Source: Candidatus Shapirobacteria bacterium (GTDB lineage: Bacteria; Patescibacteriota; Microgenomatia; UBA12405). Taken from it: DNA of 64,000 nt. Position numbers and translations under genes: made by a program. This document shows positions 54,928 through 64,000 of this stretch, piece by piece; position 1 is the stretch's first letter, and every line of letters starts with the position of its first letter. The notes beneath the pieces are model-generated. The model searched no databases and was not told the DNA's origin. It saw nothing but the letters and a program-made list of their open reading frames with translations. The DNA lies in NCBI GenBank assembly GCA_041665485.1, contig JBAYIT010000002.1, forward strand, positions 197,867 to 261,866, read 5' to 3'.

Positions 54928-57543
54928 TTAGGGAAGAGTCGAACCCGTTCCCGTTGGGCTCACCGCCGGCACTGCTGTCGGCGCCACTGTCACCGTCGGC
55001 ACCGGGGTATTAGTTGGTAGGGGGGTTGGGGTAGGAGTAGGGGAGGGCGTCCAATCCCAAGGCTTATTGACGCCAATCTTTATCTCTCTTTCCGCCGTAT
55101 TTCCATCTTTATCAGTTATCTTTGCCTTAAGGGTATACAAACTATCATCCAATTTTAAGCTAACCTCAAATGGTCTTTCTGTCCACGTCTTTTTCTCTTC
55201 GCCATTGACCCACAGTTTAGCCTCAACCACCTTTGTTAAAGAGCTAGTTCCAAGCCTTATTGTCACATCGTTACCCACCGTTGATTTATCCGATGGCGCA
55301 TCAAAATTAACCACCAGCCTCCCATCCTGTCGGCAATAACTCTCCGGCGGCTGATATTTTCCCTTATCACTTTGTTGATTAATCCAAGCGTCGATTCCCT
55401 CCTGCCAGCGATTTTTACCATCAGTCGACACTTTGTCATCTTCCCTAAATCGGAAATATTCTTTTTCTTCATAATTGCCATTGGCCACATCTTCCGGTGG
55501 CGCTAACCCTGACTGTCCCCGGCAAATTTTTAATTTAAGGTGAATTGGATCGGATGTCTTTGGTTGCGTCCCTTCAATAAAATAACTCCCTCGAGCAGCA
55601 AATCCGTCATGAGCCACAAACCCGGAAACCCGGTCAACTTCCATGTTAACAATACTGGCGGGAATGGGAAAATCCTGTTTTGGTCGTCTGGGTAGCACGC
55701 TCTGTGTTATTCGTTTCCAAATCGGGCTGGCTCCGCTTACTCCGGAGGCAACCTTCAGCATCGGGCTATTATCATTATTGCCCACCCAAGTCGCCACCAA
55801 CAAATTCGGCGTCCAGCCAATACACCAATTATCCCTTTTATCATTCGTCGTTCCTGTTTTCACTGCCACTTGATAGTTAGGAATTATCAGTCCGTTAACC
55901 GCCCCGAAAGTTATTTCTCTCATGGCGTTATCAGTCAGAATATTAGAAATTATAAATACTTCCTGCGGGCTGGCCACCTGTTTTCCCGGCACTGATTTAA
56001 ACTCTTCCAAAACCTTACCATTTCTATCCTCAACTTTTAGTATCCCCACCGCTTCCACCTTCCTCCCTCCATTAGCAAAGGCCGAGTAAGCCGCCGCCAA
56101 GTCAATCATTTTTACTTCCGCCCCTCCCAAGGTCACCGCCAAACCAAACCTCTTCAGATTTTCCGGAGTCGGTTCCAAAGTCGACAAACCCATATCCGAT
56201 GCCTGTTGCAACATACTTGTCAAGCCAACATTGGCCAGCATCTTTACCGCCACCGTATTAATCGAATTCCCTAGTGCCTCCCCCAAACTCATTGGACCGT
56301 TAAATTTACCGCTGTAATTTTGCGGGCTATAATCTTTTTGCCCTCCGCTTCCCGGAAAAGTAACTGGTGTATCCATCACCAGGCTACTGGCTGTCCACCC
56401 CCGCCTAATTGCCGTCAAATAAGTCACCGGTTTAATAGCACTTCCCGGTTGCCTTAATCCCTGAGTCACCACATTAAAATTACCATCAGTTTTATCGGAA
56501 AAATAATCCCGCGACCCCACCATCGCTAATACTTCTCCCGTCGTTGGGTCCAAAACCAAAGCTGCCCCATTACTAATTCCCTTACTCTCTGCTTTATCTA
56601 TTTCTTCACCCACTATTTTCTCTGCCTCCTGTTGCATTTCCAAATCTAATGTCGTTGTTACTCGTAAGCCCCCGCCATCCACCATTTCCGCTCCATAGGT
56701 TTTTTCCAGTAAATCCTTCACCCAGAAAACAAAATGGGGTGCCGTTATAATAGTCTTGTTTTGGCGAAAATTATAATTTTTTACTTCCTCCATCGTTTTT
56801 GTTTTTTCTTCCAAAGTTATGTTTCCCATTGCCACCATCCTATCCAACACGTGATCAGTTCGATCAACATAAGCCTTGGGGGTTTTTGAAAATGGCGAAT
56901 AAACATTTGGTCTTTGGGGTAAACCAGCCAAAATCGCCGCTTCCGCCAAAGTTAGGTCTTTGGGACTTTTACCAAAATAATGCTCACAAGCCGTTCCCAC
57001 CCCCCAATCGGCCCCCCCATAAGGAGCTTCGTTTAAATACATTAAAAGTATCTCATCCTTTTTGTATCTAGCCTCAATTTGAACCGCCAAAATAAACTCT
57101 CGAATTTTCCTTGTCACACTCCGCTCCGATGTTAGTAAAACATTTTTGACCAATTGTTGGGTTAAAGTCGAGCCGCCGATTAGCCGGTGATAAACCACCA
57201 CATTTTTTATAATTCGAAGCGGTGTTAGCGGATCAAAACCTTGATGATTATAAAAATCTTTATCTTCCACCGCCACCGTCGCCTTCTTTAAATTATCAGA
57301 AACTTCTTCCCAAGTTACCGGATTTCTTTTCTCATCCTTATAAACATCGTAAAGCAATTTACCATTCCTGTCAAAAATTCTTGAAGCAAAGCCATCTCTT
57401 CTTACTACTTTTGTTGGCGTTGGCAAATCTTTTGAATACCAGGCAAACACCACTATTATTCCAATATATCCCACCACCATCGCCACCAAAAAACCGGTCA
57501 TTAATCGCAACCAAAACCTTTTACTTTTTAGTTTCTCTCTCAC
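54928..57543 (-). CDS. Class A penicillin-binding protein (PBP1A; glycosyltransferase + transpeptidase) with PT-rich C-terminal tail
   Basis: GT51 motifs (EDKDFYNHQGFD, RQPGSAIKP), transpeptidase SxxK/SxN/KTG contexts, N-terminal TM. Confidence 0.85.
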   Translation of the reverse strand: MREKLKSKRFWLRLMTGFLVAMVVGYIGIIVVFAWYSKDLPTPTKVVRRDGFASRIFDRNGKLLYDVYKDEKRNPVTWEEVSDNLKKATVAVEDKDFYNHQGFDPLTPLRIIKNVVVYHRLIGGSTLTQQLVKNVLLTSERSVTRKIREFILAVQIEARYKKDEILLMYLNEAPYGGADWGVGTACEHYFGKSPKDLTLAEAAILAGLPQRPNVYSPFSKTPKAYVDRTDHVLDRMVAMGNITLEEKTKTMEEVKNYNFRQNKTIITAPHFVFWVKDLLEKTYGAEMVDGGGLRVTTTLDLEMQQEAEKIVGEEIDKAESKGISNGAALVLDPTTGEVLAMVGSRDYFSDKTDGNFNVVTQGLRQPGSAIKPVTYLTAIRRGWTASSLVMDTPVTFPGSGGQKDYSPQNYSGKFNGPMSLGEALGNSINTVAVKMLANVGLTSMLQQASDMGLSTLEPTPENLKRFGLAVTLGGAEVKMIDLAAAYSAFANGGRKVEAVGILKVEDRNGKVLEEFKSVPGKQVASPQEVFIISNILTDNAMREITFGAVNGLIIPNYQVAVKTGTTNDKRDNWCIGWTPNLLVATWVGNNDNSPMLKVASGVSGASPIWKRITQSVLPRRPKQDFPIPASIVNMEVDRVSGFVAHDGFAARGSYFIEGTQPKTSDPIHLKLKICRGQSGLAPPEDVANGNYEEKEYFRFREDDKVSTDGKNRWQEGIDAWINQQSDKGKYQPPESYCRQDGRLVVNFDAPSDKSTVGNDVTIRLGTSSLTKVVEAKLWVNGEEKKTWTERPFEVSLKLDDSLYTLKAKITDKDGNTAEREIKIGVNKPWDWTPSPTPTPTPLPTNTPVPTVTVAPTAVPAVSPTGTGSTLP

Positions 57544-57653
57544 TTCGCCAGCAAAACACTAAAGGTTGGCACCAAACCCGACAGAAGCAACACCAACATC
57601 GTTATAATTAAAACTAGCTTTTTAAGTTGTTTGCGTTTAACACTCATATATAG

Positions 57654-59645
57654 ATGATAACACTAAAAGGAGTGGGGCCAGGCTCTCGGCAAAAGTTGGC
57701 CCGCCTCAAAATTATTGAATCCAGAGATCTCCTTTATCATTTTCCCCATCGCTACCTCGATTTTTCCCACCACCTTCCCATCAATAAAGCCACTCCTAAT
57801 CAAAATATCACCGTTTCCGGCAAACTAACTAGCCTTAAAAATATCTATACTAAAACCGGTAAAAATATTCAAATTGGCACCCTTGCTGACGAAACCGGTA
57901 GTCTCAATTTGATGTGGTTTAGCCAACCCTATCTTATTAAAAATTATTTTATAGGCGCAACCTATCTTTTTGCTGGCACCATTGTCCTCGTCAACAATCA
58001 CCCCACCCTTATCCACCCTTATTCGGGGCAGGGGAGTGCTGGCAAAATCATCGGCATCTACCCCGCCACGGCCGGGCTTACCTCCGCCTGGTTTCGTCGT
58101 CTTTTTCAAAACCATCTCATCTCTCTTCTCTCCACTCAAACAGAAACCCTTCCCCTAGAAACTCAAAATAAATTTAAACTCTTACCCCTAAATCAGGCAC
58201 TAAATTACATCCACCAGCCCCCAAATCTAACTCTTTTGAAACAGGCCAGAAGTCGCCTAAGCCTCGACGAAATTATTTCTCTTGAAGCTCAAAGTTATCT
58301 CCTCAAAAAGAAGGGTCAAGATTTGTCTCCCGCCAAAATCTTTAAAGAAAGCCCCCTTATCAATAAAAAAATTGACAAACTAATTAGTTCTCTTCCTTTC
58401 ACTCTCACCCCCTCTCAGCTTCAAGCTTGGCAAGAAATAAAAGCCGATCTTCTTTCCCTTAATCCTGCCAATCGGTTGCTTCTTGGCGACGTTGGTTCCG
58501 GTAAAACCATCATTGCCCTCCTTGCTTGTTATTTGGCCCACCTCAATCATGCCACCTCGCTAATTATCGCTCCCACCACCATTCTCTGTCATCAACACTT
58601 CAACAATCTTCAAAAACTTTTTTCCAATCTTCCTTTTTCTTTAATTACCGCCAAAACAGTCAAAAATCATCTACCTCTCCAGGGTTCAATTATTATTGCC
58701 ACCCATACGGCTATCCACCGTTCCAAAATTCTTTCCTCAAGTCTCGGCTTGGTTATTTTCGACGAACAACACAAATTTGGCGTCGACCAAAGGCAAGCTT
58801 TTTCTACCTCCTCGCCACCTCATTGTCTCACCATGAGTGCCACTCCCATCCCCCGAACCGTCAGCCTTACCCTCTTGTCTCACCTGCCCGTCTCCCGTCT
58901 TGAACCTCGGGAAAACTCTCATCCCCAAAAAACATTTCTTGTTCCCAGCTCCAAACAAATCGACTGTTACCGCTGGATGGAAAAAACTATCAATTCAACC
59001 CACCAACAAGCATTTATTGTCTGCCCGTTTATTGAAACTTCTCCCGATCTTCTCGGTGTTAAATCCGCTGTCGATGAATTCAAACGTCTCCAGCAAGATA
59101 TTTTTCCTAATCTCAAACTTGGTCTTCTTCATAGTCAGTTAAAAACTAAGGATAAAGAAGAATTAATGGCCAAGTTTGTTAAAAACGAAATTAATATCCT
59201 CGTCACCACACCTATTATCGAAGTCGGTATCGATATTCCCAACGCCAATATTATTGTCATCCAATCCGCCGAAAGGTTTGGTCTGGCTCAACTCCACCAA
59301 CTTCGGGGGCGGGTGGGGAGGGGAGAAAACCCCGGTTTCTGTTATCTTTTTGCCTCCTCTACCAGCCCTAAAAGTCGGCAACGTCTTAGTTTTTTCTCCT
59401 CTCATCACTCTGGCAATCAAATTGCCGAATATGATCTTAAAACCCGTGGTCCGGGAGAAGTCTTCTCCTCCCTCCAGCATGGTTTCCCCAATCTCAAGCT
59501 GGCCAATATCGAAGACCTGGCCCTCCTCTCCCTCGCCAAAGACGTCTTTCAGCATCTTCTTATTAATCACAATTCACTTGTCACTGATCACAGTTCACTG
59601 ATCACAAATCTCCCCCATTCCCAGCATTACACCACCACCAATTAA
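57654..59645 (+). CDS. recG: ATP-dependent DNA helicase RecG
   Basis: Wedge/OB domain then helicase motifs GDVGSGKT, DEQHKFGV, QLRGRVGRG. Confidence 0.85.
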   Translation: MITLKGVGPGSRQKLARLKIIESRDLLYHFPHRYLDFSHHLPINKATPNQNITVSGKLTSLKNIYTKTGKNIQIGTLADETGSLNLMWFSQPYLIKNYFIGATYLFAGTIVLVNNHPTLIHPYSGQGSAGKIIGIYPATAGLTSAWFRRLFQNHLISLLSTQTETLPLETQNKFKLLPLNQALNYIHQPPNLTLLKQARSRLSLDEIISLEAQSYLLKKKGQDLSPAKIFKESPLINKKIDKLISSLPFTLTPSQLQAWQEIKADLLSLNPANRLLLGDVGSGKTIIALLACYLAHLNHATSLIIAPTTILCHQHFNNLQKLFSNLPFSLITAKTVKNHLPLQGSIIIATHTAIHRSKILSSSLGLVIFDEQHKFGVDQRQAFSTSSPPHCLTMSATPIPRTVSLTLLSHLPVSRLEPRENSHPQKTFLVPSSKQIDCYRWMEKTINSTHQQAFIVCPFIETSPDLLGVKSAVDEFKRLQQDIFPNLKLGLLHSQLKTKDKEELMAKFVKNEINILVTTPIIEVGIDIPNANIIVIQSAERFGLAQLHQLRGRVGRGENPGFCYLFASSTSPKSRQRLSFFSSHHSGNQIAEYDLKTRGPGEVFSSLQHGFPNLKLANIEDLALLSLAKDVFQHLLINHNSLVTDHSSLITNLPHSQHYTTTN

Positions 59646-59667
59646 GTCAATTGGGGAAAGCAAACAT

Positions 59668-60531
59668 TTATTTATTTACCAATCCCCATAGAAATCCGAT
59701 AAGTTTTCTATGAAATTCGTGTCCCGGCCTAATAAAACTCATATCTGCCTGTATCGGAAAACCCAACGTAGTCAAATCACCAATAATATCAAGTATTTTG
59801 TGACGAACGGGCTCCATTGGTTTTATTCCAGTAACCCAAACTCCATTGCTTCTAACCATGGCAGGGGAATCTTCCATTTTTTTAGGAAAAGCCCTAAGTA
59901 ATCTGATTGCCTTCAAATAATCGTCATTGGTCGGACAATCAACTCTGACAAACGGCCTCGCCCACATAATCTCACTCCAATAATTTTCCTGATTTAATTC
60001 TATCTTAAGATATTGATCTTCAAATAAACTTGAAAATTGGATTAATGCCGAAATTTTTGTCGTATCACACGGCCGGAAAATAACAAAAGACCCTAACCCA
60101 TCAGTAAAATAAATATCTTTCACCACCTTGGCACACAGCAAATCCTCCCTCGTATCTTTAATTCCGACCTTTTTAATCTCCCTACAAAATATTTTGGCAG
60201 TTCTGTCTGGAACCGGAACCTGACTACTACCTTCCAAATAAATATCCGCCGCAGTGACACCCATACCAGTTAAGGCTGACAACAAATGTTCCGTTAATCG
60301 AACCTCCTTTCCACTTCTGTTGGTCAAATAAGTGGCATGTATTCCATCCGTTGACTTAGTATTGGCACCAATAACTTTTATCTCTCCACCTCTAACAAAA
60401 AACCTAAATCCTGATTGGGCGGGCACAACCTTAACCCGAGTAGTATGGTTGTCTAGATATGGTGTTGGACCATCAACAATAAACGGTTCCCTAACGGTAC
60501 GTTGTTTACCAATCTTAATTAACTCAATCAT
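59668..60531 (-). CDS. LpxC-family (UDP-3-O-acyl-GlcNAc deacetylase-like) protein
   Basis: EHLLSALTGMG and VRHKILDIIGDL...GHEFHRKLI resemble LpxC signature regions. Confidence 0.55.
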   Translation of the reverse strand: MIELIKIGKQRTVREPFIVDGPTPYLDNHTTRVKVVPAQSGFRFFVRGGEIKVIGANTKSTDGIHATYLTNRSGKEVRLTEHLLSALTGMGVTAADIYLEGSSQVPVPDRTAKIFCREIKKVGIKDTREDLLCAKVVKDIYFTDGLGSFVIFRPCDTTKISALIQFSSLFEDQYLKIELNQENYWSEIMWARPFVRVDCPTNDDYLKAIRLLRAFPKKMEDSPAMVRSNGVWVTGIKPMEPVRHKILDIIGDLTTLGFPIQADMSFIRPGHEFHRKLIGFLWGLVNK

Positions 60532-61268
60532 AATTGTGAATGTGCCAACCTAAATCCGACACGGGGATTTCTATCAATAACGTCAAAAACACGGCGACGA
60601 TGGACTCCGGGAGAAAATTTACACCTCCCCCAAGAACCTCCCTTCGCAATATAATAAGTTCCATCAGATTCAAACCCATTGGTTCCAGGTATTTCATATG
60701 TACCTTGGGTCATTTCGATCACATTGTATCCTATTTGATCTAATCCAAGATAATTCGGCTTCCATCTCAAATCCCCAACAGGAGCGCATCCAAACTCGTG
60801 ACCATCATTAAAAATATGACCAGCACCCATATCTGGTTCTTGTCCGTGCGGATATTCCCAACCATAAGGGGCAGCCACATAAACCCATTCAACCTCATTC
60901 GGAAGACGAAAAGTCATTCCGGTCACTTCGTTCAATCTTCTACAATATTCCATCACCTCATTATAAGTAACATCAACTACCGGATGATCATCTAGTTGAG
61001 AATGTGGCGATCGTTTATGTTTAGGAAAAAATATTTCAAAATCTTCATTCGTTACTTTGAACTTACAAATCCAAAAAGAGTCAACCGCTGCCATGTGGAC
61101 AGGTGTTTCATTGTGTCGATAACCTTCCACCCCACCAGACAAAGGTTTTCTAGTTCCTAATACCAAATCACCATCTGAAACTAAAATAAAATCCATTTGT
61201 CGCAACAGCTCCACCTTCTTTTGGTTATCCACCAATGGCTCTGCGGGCCTCTCAACACCTCTATACAT
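60528..61268 (-). CDS. Formylglycine-generating-enzyme (FGE/SUMF1)-family protein, stand-alone
   Basis: VTYNEVMEYCRRLNE...RLPNEVEWVYVA...GGSWG...RVGFRLA pattern of PF03781. Confidence 0.7.
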   Translation of the reverse strand: MYRGVERPAEPLVDNQKKVELLRQMDFILVSDGDLVLGTRKPLSGGVEGYRHNETPVHMAAVDSFWICKFKVTNEDFEIFFPKHKRSPHSQLDDHPVVDVTYNEVMEYCRRLNEVTGMTFRLPNEVEWVYVAAPYGWEYPHGQEPDMGAGHIFNDGHEFGCAPVGDLRWKPNYLGLDQIGYNVIEMTQGTYEIPGTNGFESDGTYYIAKGGSWGRCKFSPGVHRRRVFDVIDRNPRVGFRLAHSQL

Positions 61269-61404
61269 GTCTTTTTTAATCTAACGTTATTCTACCACTA
61301 AATACCGCTAAAAACAACAGTACGGCCCATACATATCAGATATATCATTTTTTATTATTTCTTAGTTCTTGTCTCTTATCTCTGATTTACGCTATAATTC
61401 CCCC

Positions 61405-61557
61405 ATGACTGCTTTACCTAAACATTGGCCGAGTTCCCGCCGACAGGGAAAACGTCGGGCTACATTCAAAACCAAAAAAGTCGCCACTACCATAATTTGC
61501 CGTAACTGCGGTCAGCCCAAAAGGCCTAACTTCCGTTGCCAAAACTGCAATAAATAG
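61405..61557 (+). CDS. rpmF: 50S ribosomal protein L32
   Basis: Basic N-terminus SSRRQGKRRATFK and CxxC...CxxC zinc ribbon (CRNCGQPK...CQNCNK); track ORF begins at an upstream TTG. Confidence 0.6.
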   Translation: MTALPKHWPSSRRQGKRRATFKTKKVATTIICRNCGQPKRPNFRCQNCNK

Positions 61558-61937
61558 TGAAAAGCTCCAAAGATCCACGCCATCTCCACCGGATTCGATT
61601 AATGCGCTCTCTTTTTGCCAAAAGTCTCTCCAGTGCTTCTCAAAACCCGGAAATCGATCCTATTGTCGCCAAACTCGACCAAATCGACGCCAAAATCACT
61701 CTCTATGCTCCCAAATGGCCAATAAATCAAATAAATAAAATTGACTTGGCCATCCTCCGTCTAAGTATTTGGGAACTACATTATGAAACTCAAACTCCTC
61801 CCAAAGTTATCATCGATGAAGCTGTCGAAATGGCCAAAACCTTTGGTAATGATGCCAGCCCGGGTTTCATCAACGGCGTTCTTGGCGCCGTTTTAAAACA
61901 GTTATCTAATCCCCATGAATCAACTCCCACATCTTGA
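61557..61937 (+). CDS. nusB: Transcription antitermination factor NusB-like
   Basis: EAVEMAKTFGNDASPGFINGVLGAVLK C-terminal NusB signature. Confidence 0.7.
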   Translation: MKSSKDPRHLHRIRLMRSLFAKSLSSASQNPEIDPIVAKLDQIDAKITLYAPKWPINQINKIDLAILRLSIWELHYETQTPPKVIIDEAVEMAKTFGNDASPGFINGVLGAVLKQLSNPHESTPTS

Positions 61938-62610
61938 AGCCAACCTCGGCTATCAATTTAAAGACAAAGTTCTCCTTCAACAGGCTCTAACTCATCGCTC
62001 TCATCTCAATGAAAATCGAAGTCTCAACCTTGTCTCCAACGAAAGGCTTGAGTTTTTAGGTGATGCCGTTCTTGAAACCTGGGCCTCAATTCGCCTTTAC
62101 CATCAGTTTCCCACCTCTCCTGAGGGCGATCTTACCAATCTTCGCTCTCTTTTAGTCCGCACCGAAAGTCTTTCCCAAACAGCCATTAAAATCGACCTTG
62201 GCAAGTTTGTTCTTCTAAGTAAAGGTGAAGAGGCCCACGGCGGTCGTCTTAATCAGTCAATTTTGGCCGATACTTTCGAAAGTATTATTGGTGCCATTTA
62301 CCTCGACGGCGGTTTTGCCAATAGTGATGCTTTTCTCGATCGTCTACTTCTCCCCAGCCTTGAAGTTATCCGCAACCAAAAAAACATCAAAGATCCCAAA
62401 AGCTATTATCAGGAAATTGCCCAAAACAAATTTAACCTCACCCCTCACTATCTTTCTCTCTCCGAATCCGGCCCCGATCACGCCAAAACCTTTGTTGTTG
62501 GTGTTTATCTTGGAGATAAGCTTATTGCCCAAGGCTCGGGAAACTCAAAACAAAAAGCTGAAGAATCCGCCGCCATTCTCGCCACCGAATTAACCCTTGA
62601 AACCAGATAA
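61915..62610 (+). CDS. rnc: Ribonuclease III
   Basis: ERLEFLGDAVLE catalytic signature, C-terminal dsRBD. Confidence 0.9.
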   Translation: MNQLPHLEANLGYQFKDKVLLQQALTHRSHLNENRSLNLVSNERLEFLGDAVLETWASIRLYHQFPTSPEGDLTNLRSLLVRTESLSQTAIKIDLGKFVLLSKGEEAHGGRLNQSILADTFESIIGAIYLDGGFANSDAFLDRLLLPSLEVIRNQKNIKDPKSYYQEIAQNKFNLTPHYLSLSESGPDHAKTFVVGVYLGDKLIAQGSGNSKQKAEESAAILATELTLETR

Positions 62611-62615
62611 ACTCT

Positions 62616-62730
62616 ATGTACGTCATTGCGAGGACTCCGAAAGCTTTCGGAGGACGAAGCAATCTCGTCGAGATCACCACGGCCTTCGGCCTTCCGTCTG
62701 AGCCGGACGCGGCGCGATGACGTAAAGTTA
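62616..62730 (+). other. GC-rich structured element (multiple hairpins closed by a long-range inverted repeat) between rnc and rpsP; candidate small RNA or leader
   Basis: tacgtcattgcg ... cgcgatgacgta outer pairing; internal palindromes ctccgaaagctttcggag and gacgaagcaatctcgtc; GC content far above flanks. Confidence 0.25.
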
Positions 62731-62779
62731 TTAATTTTGGTTATTGGATATTAATCGATATTTGGTATAATTCCCCAGT

Positions 62780-63010
62780 ATGTTGAAAATCAAACTTTTC
62801 CCCAAAGGCAAAAAACATCAACGAACCTTCCGTATTGTCATTGCCGAAAATACAAGTAAATATAATGGAAATGTTGTCGATGACATTGGTTTCTTCACTC
62901 CTCAAACCGATACTTTAACTATCGATCAAGAGAAACTCAACTCCTGGATTAAAAAAGGCGCCAAGGCGACTGCCGGTGTCGACAAACTTCTTAAATCAAA
63001 GTCAAAATGA
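62780..63010 (+). CDS. rpsP: 30S ribosomal protein S16
   Basis: MLKIKLFPKGKKHQRTFRIVIAE... Confidence 0.85.
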   Translation: MLKIKLFPKGKKHQRTFRIVIAENTSKYNGNVVDDIGFFTPQTDTLTIDQEKLNSWIKKGAKATAGVDKLLKSKSK

Positions 63011-63282
63011 ACTCCCTCGTTAGCACTCTTGAACACATCATCAACGGTATAGTTTCCGATCCCTCCCAAATCGCCATCACCCAATCGGAAACCGACAACC
63101 CCCTCACCATCACCGTCACCGCTCCCGACGAAATTGTTGGCCAAATAATTGGTAAAGAAGGCAAGATAATCAAATCAATTCGCGCCATACTTAATCTCTG
63201 TTACCCCACCCAAAGATACATTCTTGATGTTAATCCGGATTCGAAAACTGCGACGCAAACGGATCAGCCCGATCATACCTAA
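63007..63282 (+). CDS. KH-domain RNA-binding protein (YlqC-like)
   Basis: GQIIGKEGKIIKSIRAIL KH GxxG motif; conserved position after rpsP. Confidence 0.7.
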   Translation: MNSLVSTLEHIINGIVSDPSQIAITQSETDNPLTITVTAPDEIVGQIIGKEGKIIKSIRAILNLCYPTQRYILDVNPDSKTATQTDQPDHT

Positions 63283-63994
63283 TAAACTGCCCCTGATTCT
63301 CTTTGTTGTCACCCACCTTGTCTGGCAAAACAACTTTAAATCCATCCAAAAGCGATAATAAATCCATTTCCGAAGCACTTAGCTTTAGTTCCGATAATGC
63401 TATTTTGTCTACTTTGGTTAGTGTTGTTGCTGGTACAAAATAAGCGTTAACTTCCATTTCAAGAGAGGTTAAATCACCACTCGATTTGGCTTTCAAACTC
63501 TCAATTGAAACCACCGGCAAGCCCTTCTCCATCGCCACTAAATAATCTTCATATTTTTCCCTCGGCCCAACCAAACCGACTTTGATTCTCAATGGCACCG
63601 CCTGATTGGCCTTAACCATTTCTCCACCCCTAACCAATTCTCCCGGAGAAAGATCAAAGCTATCAACTTGGTAGCCAAACACCCCAGCCACACTTCTAAC
63701 CGTATCTAATAAATAATAAGCCTTATTATCGGAAAAAACAGCTTCGTTCAACAAATTAACCAGCTTCCCAATTTCTGTTTGATCAACCGATTCCAGATAA
63801 TCAACTTTAGCCTTTACTGCCACTAATTCTGTTCTTGCTCTACTGCTATCCTGGGAATACTCCATAATCTTGGCCACCATTCTTTGTCCCAAAACTAGAT
63901 AAAACAACACCCCTCCTCCTAAAATTACGCCCGGCAACCAGGCCAATTTCACTAATTGCCAATCTAAACTAAATATCGGTAATTTCTTTTTCAT
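63230..63994 (-). CDS. Hypothetical membrane-anchored protein (PilN/PilO-like topology)
   Basis: N-terminal TM followed by coiled-coil and soluble domain; 3' end overlaps the KH gene by about 50 nt. Confidence 0.35.
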   Translation of the reverse strand: MKKKLPIFSLDWQLVKLAWLPGVILGGGVLFYLVLGQRMVAKIMEYSQDSSRARTELVAVKAKVDYLESVDQTEIGKLVNLLNEAVFSDNKAYYLLDTVRSVAGVFGYQVDSFDLSPGELVRGGEMVKANQAVPLRIKVGLVGPREKYEDYLVAMEKGLPVVSIESLKAKSSGDLTSLEMEVNAYFVPATTLTKVDKIALSELKLSASEMDLLSLLDGFKVVLPDKVGDNKENQGQFIRYDRADPFASQFSNPD

Positions 63995-64000
63995 TTTTTT

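Noticed and set aside
62616-62730. Bacterial SRP (4.5S) RNA
   Set aside because: A GGA.GGA.GAAGCA-like stretch is present, but the apical loop is not a GNRA tetraloop and the helix-8 symmetric/asymmetric loop pattern is not recognisable. Kept only as an unassigned structured element.

Overview
This 64-kb window comes from a low-GC, gene-dense bacterial genome with standard stops (TGA terminates ORFs). Giant surface proteins, a PheT with a fused extra domain and many tRNAs suggest a small-genome Patescibacteria/CPR-like lineage, but that is inference. The left part (1 to about 23.3 kb) looks accessory or mobile. It carries a type IV secretion-like cluster (VirB2-like pilin, VirB6-like, VirB3/4N-like, VirB4 ATPase, M23 cell-wall hydrolase). 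It also carries an operon of a 1626-aa membrane-anchored FN3-rich surface protein plus a MacB/FtsX-type ABC transporter. Next to that operon is a complete diversity-generating retroelement (DGR): Avd-like gene, template repeat (TR), reverse transcriptase. Its variable repeat (VR) lies inside the FGE-sulfatase/C-type-lectin-like domain of the giant protein, and every TR/VR mismatch falls on a TR adenine. Then come a DUF2958 protein, a replication-relaxation protein, a VirD4-like coupling ATPase and a large serine recombinase whose 3' end overlaps tRNA-Leu(GAG). Just across the tRNAs is an inverted, non-diversified paralogous operon (1501-aa LamG-domain giant protein + ABC ATPase + FtsX permease). 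The middle of the window has an S8 subtilase + AAA ATPase pair (ietAS-like candidate defence module) and a tRNA-flanked mini-island with an APH-family kinase, a GIY-YIG nuclease and a perfect 25-bp tandem repeat array. The right part is housekeeping: tgt, a radical-SAM methylthiotransferase, a DRG/Obg-like GTPase, efp, trigger factor, the thrS-infC-rpmI-rplT-pheS-pheT cluster, PBP1A, recG, an LpxC-like and an FGE-like gene, rpmF, nusB, rnc, rpsP. At least 12 tRNA genes are present. All coordinates and calls come from reading the sequence and ORF translations; no database search was run.
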